From assembly GCA_032718475.1 (NCBI GenBank), contig JAUCBJ010009079.1, positions 1 to 55,310 of the forward strand: a DNA stretch of 55,310 nucleotides. The letters are read 5' to 3'. This document shows, in pieces, positions 47,761-55,310 of this stretch (position 1 is the first letter of the stretch; each line of letters starts with the position of its first letter). A program made the translations under genes and the position numbers. Below the pieces are notes generated by a model. That model was not told the DNA's origin. It worked only from the letters and a program-made list of their open reading frames with translations, and did no database searches. This DNA comes from Nemertoderma westbladi. Its lineage: Eukaryota; Animalia; Xenacoelomorpha.

Positions 47761-48860
47761 ATGACGGAGTTGATAGAAGATGATCTTGGTATCAGGGAGC
47801 GATATACTCTACCTTTACCAGCATTTGTGGATAGCTTGATACGCGGTGAAACCGATCCAACCATTACGGAGGACGATGGTCGTTATATCGAACCGCCGAT
47901 GTCCCAAGAGCAACTTACGCGTGAATTGACTAGCGAAAATTCACCTCTCGCTATACGCATCGTAATAGTACGTATATGGACTTCCTAATTACCGGCCATC
48001 CTATCGATTTACATGATACGGACGATGTAGACACCGAAAGGGAAATGGTTCTATTTAAATATCATACCCAGCGGCATCGTAACGATAAACCGAGAATAGA
48101 TCACGAAAATTCTATTCGTAACAGACTGGGAAGACGATCCAATATGCCTAGAATCTGAGGAGATTCAGCCTATCGCGCCCGGAACAGCGACAATGATTAC
48201 ATCCTAGAATAGTATCAAGGTCCACAATATCTCACTGCGTACGATTATCGCCATGCCAACTATGTTTCTCGGCAACGTTGTCGGTTATGCGCATCGAGAG
48301 ACCATGTTACGCCCATGGACACAAACGTCCGCTGTTCCTATTTCCACGAACAACCGGCGATGGAAATTTATTGCGCGTATTGCAGATTTAATAATTTGCA
48401 CATTTTTGCGGTTTGCCCTCAATTTATGACTCAATGTCACCATTGTCAACTAAAGAGACATGCCAGTTTCGATTGCCCCTTTAATCACGATTTGGAAAGC
48501 GTAGATGAAATGATCACACTACGTTACATCAGAGCTTGGGAAGCGAACGCTGATTTACATTGTGATTCGCGCCATCGCTATTATCCCGGACGCGCTTACG
48601 AAGGAGTTTATGCGTTCCATCCTTATCTATTCGCTTCGGTTGAACAGAAATCACGCATATCAAGTTACGAGCTACTGAAGCGCGTCGGAGAATGTATTTC
48701 AACCAAATTCGTACGCAAATTTCTTAGGAGTGTTAATCCTAGCGACCTTCATTCCTATAACTTAATCAATTATATCCGTCAGAATCCGGACTATGGAGAC
48801 TTGTTTGTTAACTCACACCCTGAGTTACAGGAAGTATATCGACGGCCTTACGAATACTAG
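47761..48860 (+). pseudogene. Degenerate extra ORF with three zinc-knuckle-like motifs in the BEL-B 3' region
   Basis: Fragments 47761, 47976 and 48213-48860 join via one frameshift and two in-frame stops; motifs CRLCASRDH, CAYCRFNNLHIFAVC, CHHCQLKRHASFDC. Confidence 0.6.
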
Positions 48861-48875
48861 TACGAACTTACTAAT

Positions 48876-49082
48876 AGCTTACACTGCAATAATAATCTAA
48901 GCCCTCAGAATCCAGTCTCCCGGGAATATCCAGCGGGTGAATGGACGCGCACTAGGCTGGCTTCTGCTAATGTTGTGTTTATTGGTATTAAATATTTGTC
49001 ATCTTCTAAAGTATATTTATAAACCAAAAGACATATAAATTTTGGCAGGTTAAACTGCTAAAGGTCTTCAAAAGCGCGTACA
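48876..49082 (+). repeat. Truncated 3' LTR of BEL-B
   Basis: Matches 39575-39781; ends in CA followed by the TSD. Confidence 0.9.
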
Positions 49083-51069
49083 CAACCTGCGAAGCAGCCT
49101 CTATCAGACACACCTGCATCACGCACACTTGCCAAGATCCGAGACTACTTCGTAACTCAACATCACCCAACTGCTCTTAACACGATCCCAGAGGTTATCG
49201 AACCCCCACCTGAACCACCCGACCCACCATATTTTTCGCACGCTCGGTACGTATCCGCTAGGGTTGATGAACCCCAAGTGGAAGCACTTATTAGTGATCT
49301 GCATCGCGCTATTTACAAAACTAATCCAAACTACATTAACAAACAATATCCACCTAATTTATCAACCCAGCACCAAAAAGCTCTGCAACAACTGCGCAAG
49401 AACAAAAATACTGTATTTCTTAAAGGTGATAAAACAGATAACATCATATTGCTAGATTATGTCGATAAGGAATTCGAAATATCTCGGATATTAAGCGATA
49501 CTACCACTTATGAGAAGTTACCCAGAGACCCCACTGCTAAATTCCGCGTAAAATGTAGACAGCTTCTCGACCAGCTTGCAATCACAAACCCATTCCTACG
49601 CCTTTACTTATTCCCCAACACGTTTACCACAGGCAAGTTTGTTTATAACTCTAAAAGACCACAAACCAAGATCCGAGTGGATTCAACACCCAAACGGCAA
49701 ACTTATCCCCAAAGGCAGACCTATAATTTCGAATACGGATGCGTTCTTTACTCCCCTATCTAAATTAATGCACCACTACCTGCACCCACTTGTTACCACA
49801 GCGTCGAACTATTTAAAGAGCTCATTGGACTTAAAAGAAACTTTACCCAGACAAGGATCAACATATCACTACACTTTTGTTACGGTAGATGTTATCGACA
49901 TGTTCACAGCCATCCCACACGAACTAGGCATCGAAGCCACTATGCAAGCACTCAGCGAGGACCCTACGTTACCATACCGCTCCAAATTCACCGCCGAACA
50001 ACTTGCAGCAATATTGCGTTTCCTGCTGTTTCACAACTTTTTCCGGTTTTCGGGACACTATTACCTTCAGTTGGCTGGGGCGCCCATGGGAGGCAGCCAC
50101 AGTGGAGATTACGCCATCATATGGCTCACTGACACTGATATAAAACAACTAAACTATGCATTCAACTCCGCCTGCCCAGACCTATACAATAACAACTCTA
50201 TACAGTTTACCGTAGACTACTCCAGAAAATCCATAAACTACCTAGATGTTACTATTCAAGCTTCAAACTCAACAAAACTAACAACCAAAATATATAGGAA
50301 ACCAATGTCTAATAAACTACCCATCGCATACTCAAGCTTCCACCACAAACCATCCTTGCTAGCCATAGTTCGAGCTGAACTGCTGCGCATTCGCCGACTA
50401 ACGGATTCAACAAATCATTTCCAACAACAAAGGCATTTATATCTCGAAAAGTGTAAACTCAGAGGATACCCCTTGAACTTCCTTTTAAGTTTGTATGCGT
50501 GGGACCCACCCCAATGTTCAACATTCACTGCCGCCGAACACGATCAGGACTTTCCGCATTCACCAAGCCATACCAATCAACAAAACAACATAAAACCTCC
50601 TACCCAACGTTTCTATCTGTCAACGACACCACAATTTATCCCTACCCTCAGCAAAGTTGTGCGTCGGCATAACAGACGAGTTCAGCACCTTGGTGTAACA
50701 TTACAAACTGTCCCACGAAATGCACCTACTTTGGGAAAGCTTCTAATACGTAAACAGGAACCACAAACAGCTCCAGGTAACCATCCATGTTTGCAACCCC
50801 GCTGCCTCACCTGCTTGGCAATTACGGATATGAAAGAGACACCATGGGGCGAGCCAATCATCGGGAGGTTTGATTGTAAATCCAGCAACATTCTCTATAC
50901 CATTAAATGTAAAACTCACCCCTATCAATACTACCTCGGTCAAAATGAACAACGTCTGCACAAGAGGCTCAATAAACATCGGGAGAACATCAACAGCTAC
51001 AGGAAAGCTCTGGATAAGGCAATAAAGAACAACAAGCCGATATGTACTGTGACAACAACTGACCCGGAG

Positions 51070-51544
51070 GTGCTATTGGATATTGCTATTGGTCAGGTCA
51101 GGTATTCTAGGTCATAGATCAAGAAAACTTGCCACCTCCATGCAGCATAAAGGAGGTGCCACCTGTAGCTGCACTGCATAGACTCTCTTACGAGGGCAAA
51201 TCTGGTCCTGTAACTAGGACCCCCTTCGTTCTGGGATAAGGACGCCCTTGGTCCTGGATTAAGGACCCATATACTTGGCTGCAGGGGTATATGGCCTGAC
51301 CAGGCAGATGGTGATCTACCAATGGCTGGTTAGGAGTAGAGTGTTCTCATGTCCACTCTGAGAGCACTTCACTGCGACCTGCACCTGGCAGCAAGGGTAC
51401 AGGGCATGACCCAGCAGATGAGCGGCAACAGCCAATGGTGGGTCATGTACGCCAGAGTAGATATGGGTGATGGGCCTCATATCTGACTCCATTGCGACAC
51501 CCTCCCTGTGGAATGGCAAACCAGGGTGTGGTATTTGCCCCGAG
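51070..51544 (+). other. 475-nt structured, intron-like segment interrupting the Penelope GIY-YIG domain
   Basis: GT...AG ends; removal gives in-frame DPE|RLLQHF; many hairpins with G-U pairs on the + strand. Confidence 0.7.
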
Positions 51545-52440
51545 AGATTGCTTCAACATTTCAGTAGCTGTAATAATTATGAAGTAACATGCGTCCAGCA
51601 ATTTCGTAACCACCAGCGTCGTATTCATACTGAAGCATTACTCATTAATTGCCACCGCCCACCCCTCAATAAACTGGTACCACTTCTATAGAATGAAACT
51701 TCGACCCGATGGCTCGCCCCCACCTAACATTTGGATGTAACAAACTCACACCACCTCTAATAATTAATTAACTGTGCAGTACGCTCTACCCTTGCTGTAA
51801 TATACATTGTGTCAGCCAGCTTTAATGTACGTACTATAGCCGAACATATTATTATTCAATAGGAAATACCAAAACAAAAACTTTTTTAAAAATTGTAATA
51901 TGTAATCTTGTAGGGATTCCTTTTATTTAGTAACAGTAATATGTGTCCTTTTATCCCCCTCAATTTTATGGCTTAGGTATTCTTTCCCTTCTTTTAAATA
52001 TATTTTTAAATGATTTTTTATTTAAGAACCAACATTTTTTTAGAATTTTTTTTACCCTTTTACCAGCCTCACTTTTATTTGTAAATTTGTAACTCAACGA
52101 CTTAATATTGGAACCAATAATTTTTAACTATTTTTAATCATTTAATGGTTTTAACGTTACCCACCCTTTTTACACCTCTTCATTTAGCACCCTTTTTATT
52201 TTTATTTTTAATTTTTTAAATTTAATATTGAACGTCTAATACCTTAACAACACATGTAGCCTACAATTATATCTCTAGGCCTACATACAGTATTATGATA
52301 AATCTAAATATGTTAATCTAATACATCCTATCATACTGTCTATATCGGAATTTGGTGGCATAATAATTGGTTGTACCGTACGTTAAATTTAATATTATGG
52401 TTTAGGTTTATAAATTGTGTTTTAATGTTATTTTAATTTA

Positions 52441-52482
52441 ATTTACTGAAGACGTCCGTGAGGATGAAATGGCCATATAAAT
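52441..52482 (+). ncRNA. Minimal type I hammerhead ribozyme of the Penelope 3' UTR/pLTR
   Basis: ATTTA-CTGAAGA-C-GTCC-GTGA-GGAT-GAAA-TGGCCA-TA-TAAAT: stem I, catalytic core, stem II with GNRA loop, palindromic stem III, UA cleavage site. Confidence 0.88.
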
Positions 52483-53056
52483 AGAAACTGTTTTCGTTAA
52501 CCGTGGCATTAGACCCTTTCTACAGTCATTATCCCTGAAGTTATAATTATGGATACGCCACGAACGGCATCATTTCGACTTCTTTCCCATCTATATAGTA
52601 TGTATAGTAGTAATATACTGTATATATCAATATGTAATGCTGAACACAGAATACAGGTCGACGCACCCCGATTTTACCCTGGAGAGGTATAATTTTGATT
52701 GCAACAATAATATTCATCCCCATCTGCTACAACTTGAAGAAGACTATTACATAATAATACCTATAATTAAAACAATTAATTATTATAATTCTATAGTTAA
52801 TAAAAACAGTATATCATTCCGGGGATGGAATTTATAGGTCATCTAATATAATTAATTGTTTAAAGATTAGCAAACAATACGATGTAATTGCATTGATAAA
52901 ACCCATAAATAAAACATGGATATAAAATGTAAAATCGGGATGCAAAAGATAACTTTCTGAGCTACGAAAGGAAAATTGGATGCAACTTATCTGGATACAA
53001 GCGGTCCGTTTACCTTACAAAATGAAAAATACGAATGTGCGAAGTTAAGAACAGTT

Positions 53057-53164
53057 GGGGGGGAAGTGTCCGCGGGGGGAAGTGTCTGGGGGGGGAAGTG
53101 TCCGGGGGGGAAGTGTCCTACTTGAGCGGGGGGTAACTGTCCGGGGGGGAAGTGTCCGAACACC
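53057..53164 (-). repeat. Right terminal inverted repeat of the MULE
   Basis: GGGGGGGAAGTGTCC units, followed by the 9-bp TSD. Confidence 0.85.
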
Positions 53165-53384
53165 CTCAAATTTATGTCGCCCATTATGTATTTAACGGTG
53201 GCGATATATACAGTATATATCAGTTATAAAAGAATTAATTTATTCCTAAATGGATATTATTTCCTCCGTTTTATTCCAACGCTGTTAAAGTAAGCTTATC
53301 TAATAAATTAGGGTTGACCTATTAATTATTGCAACGTTATTTTGAGATGAAGACATGAAAATAGTTTTTGTATAAAAGTTGTGT

Positions 53385-53470
53385 AAGGACTCCGTGAGGT
53401 TCGAACCAGAGCTGTATGTTACAGTTTCCGTACCAGGCTCATTCCATGCAAATGTCAACCGCAGTGCCAA
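53385..53470 (-). mobile_element. Possible degenerate tRNA-derived SINE head
   Basis: Minus strand has an A-box-like TGGCACTGCGG and a B-box GGTTCGAACC; no cloverleaf found. Confidence 0.3.
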
Positions 53471-54406
53471 TTTTGAAAAACTTGAATTATTGATTCTCAT
53501 ATCAATTTTCAGAACCAATATATGATGCGGTTTACGAATTTAATGCAAAAACCGCATCAAAATTGGTTAACTTTCTGAAATCTGGTGTTATTCGCCCTTA
53601 CATCTCAAACTGCAAAAATACAGTGAACTGAGTGTATAATATGACAACCGCGTTTTATGAGTAGCTTTAGGCAGAAGGCAACGTAATAGAGTACTTTTCG
53701 AAGCAAAACAATCATATTTTCTAATGAAATCATTTGCTGTCAACTAAAACAACGTTGTATCTAAAAATTCAGTGCTCATAATCTGCTTACATCATAATGT
53801 CCCGCACTTTACGATGAACACCATATTTGTTTGTACAGGATAGACATATTATAATAGAATGATGTTATGTCGTTTGCAAAGCACAAATACAGTATATGTA
53901 TCATTAATCTGGGGTACTTAGTTTGTTTGTGGTGTTTCGTGTTATGTGGTAAACAGGTGTCCCGCACTTTACGTAAACTGCGGCGCCAGTATATGGACGG
54001 GACAGGTAATCACTGAGTGGTAAATCAAGCTATAAGCTAACTGAAAGCAAGATCGCAGTATAATAATAATAATAATCAACCAACAGTCAACAGAGGAATA
54101 TCGAATAGCAGAATAACTGACAACAGGATAATACAATACACAGTACCGTACAAAAAGTAGAAATATCAAAGGAAGTAGAGTAAGCGTGCATTTAGATGGA
54201 AGAACTTCAACTGGAATAATCATAACAGACATTTAATAACTTCATATCAATCTCTGATATTAAGACACTATAAAAAAATTCATGAAGATCACATATATTT
54301 CAGTAAATATCCTCAAAATTTTAATTCCTATTTTTATTAGTTTTTATACTCTGAATACTATTTGTAGGCCTGCCATTAACCCCTTCCTGGCTCTGGCTGG
54401 TGCGTA

Positions 54407-54500
54407 GGCATACAGACGTTTCGGCCTAGGACGTTTCCGTCCAGGACGTTTCGGCCCGCACATTTCGGCCCAGACGATTCGGCCCGGACGTTTCGGCCCA
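54407..54500 (+). mobile_element. Terminus of another DNA transposon with a repetitive terminal repeat (MULE-like); partner end not in the window
   Basis: GG start followed by six 14-15-bp GACGTTTCGGCCC-type units, the same design as the 35560 terminus. Confidence 0.55.
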
Positions 54501-55310
54501 TGACTGTAACTGAATGAAAAGGCCAACTTGTTTGATATGATAATAATTATTCATTAAAATTATAATTATTTCACAATAATATACAAACACTTTATCAAAT
54601 ATCTTTCATAAAATGGCTATTTAATTTACTTTTATTTCAAAATAAAATAAACCTTATGCATGTGGTGCTCTGGTTCGGGAGTGGTTCCATATACATACAA
54701 TTCGCCATCAATTATTTTATGCGGCCGAAAAAATGCAAGTCAGAACAAAACTTTTGGTCCCGAGTACCACATTGCTAATATACTACCAAAGCGAATAAAT
54801 TTCACGAACCATTTAGGGCTTAAATCTCGTCTGATCGATATATTTTGGAGATACTTCATTAATTTTAAACATTACTCAATTGATAATTCTTGTAGCTGGA
54901 CAGTGTAATGCAGCTATGTCTTAATGATCTGTTGAAACAATAACTCTCATCTTTCGATGATAGATGATTTTGATTTATACCCATAGATAACGACGTATAA
55001 TGCTTTTATTAATACATATTTCATTTCACTTCACATCCACTCTGGCCCTTTTAATACGCATATATTTCATCTAAATTTAAATTTAATACGCATATATTTT
55101 ATCTTATTCCATATGACATCCAGTCTGTCTCATAATTATTAGTAGGCTTACTGCAAAGCTCCCATTCAGTCCCTTACACTTACATGGTACGCTACACGGT
55201 TTTATGGGTGCACTACAGTTCCAGGTTTAATCTGGCTATCTAATATGTATTACATTTGCCTACAGTGCACTTAAATGGTAATTTTACATAAGCCTAATAT
55301 AATATTGAAC

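Larger units (their letters stand above)
38547..49082 (+). mobile_element. Internally deleted Bel/Pao LTR retrotransposon (BEL-B) nested in Penelope
   Basis: TG...CA ends, 5-bp TSD CAACC (38542-38546 and 49083-49087), Bel-type Gag-PR ORF. Confidence 0.92.
38092..51691 (+). pseudogene. Penelope RT/GIY-YIG ORF: 5'-truncated, split by BEL-B, frameshifted, RT YxDD motif missing
   Basis: N-terminal LTAAQDEVLGLGFSFIP; NLSTQHQKALQQL...KGDK; VDVIDMFTAIP; GAPMGG; NYLDV; NILY...YYLGQ; C-terminal TEALLI...PPLN. Confidence 0.88.
36150..52588 (+). mobile_element. Penelope-like element (Neptune-type) with an inverted 5' copy
   Basis: 36150-38085 is the reverse complement of 50289-52545; RT plus Cys linker (CLQPRCLTC) plus GIY-YIG; direct repeat ATCTATATAGTAT at 36140 and 52589; 43-nt 3' tail. 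Confidence 0.9.
35560..53164. mobile_element. Mutator-like (MULE) non-autonomous DNA transposon, expanded to 17.6 kb by nested insertions
   Basis: GG...CC ends, inverted termini built of GGACACTTCCCCCCC repeats, perfect 9-bp TSD CTCAAATTT at 35551-35559 and 53165-53173; no transposase ORF seen. Confidence 0.85.

Noticed and set aside
51405-51447. Group II intron domain V or hammerhead inside the structured insert
   Set aside because: The AGC/GCAA resemblance does not give a proper domain V helix, the insert does not end in AY, and CAGATGAG has no GAAA partner.

Overview
Eukaryotic (probably invertebrate animal) repeat-rich genomic DNA with one host gene and many nested mobile elements. In order: a 56-bp satellite; an intronless SDR16C-type short-chain dehydrogenase; a 42-bp minisatellite split by a degenerate CR1/L2-group LINE with a 2A-like GDIHPNPGP motif; an intact minus-strand Bel/Pao LTR retrotransposon (8543-22912); a ~9.9-kb 35-bp satellite containing a 100-N gap; a Helentron/HINE-like element; and a three-level nest. 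The nest is a Mutator-like element (9-bp TSD) containing a Neptune-type Penelope element (inverted copy, hammerhead ribozymes, TSD), which in turn contains a second, internally deleted Bel/Pao element (5-bp TSD). Two observations stand out. First, neither Bel/Pao element has a tRNA primer-binding site; the 11-12 nt directly after each 5' LTR are instead perfectly complementary to a site inside the element's own LTR, the geometry of Tf1-type self-priming. Second, the Penelope GIY-YIG domain is interrupted by a 475-nt GT...AG-bounded, heavily base-paired segment whose exact removal restores the reading frame. All calls were made by eye; no searches or folding programs were run.
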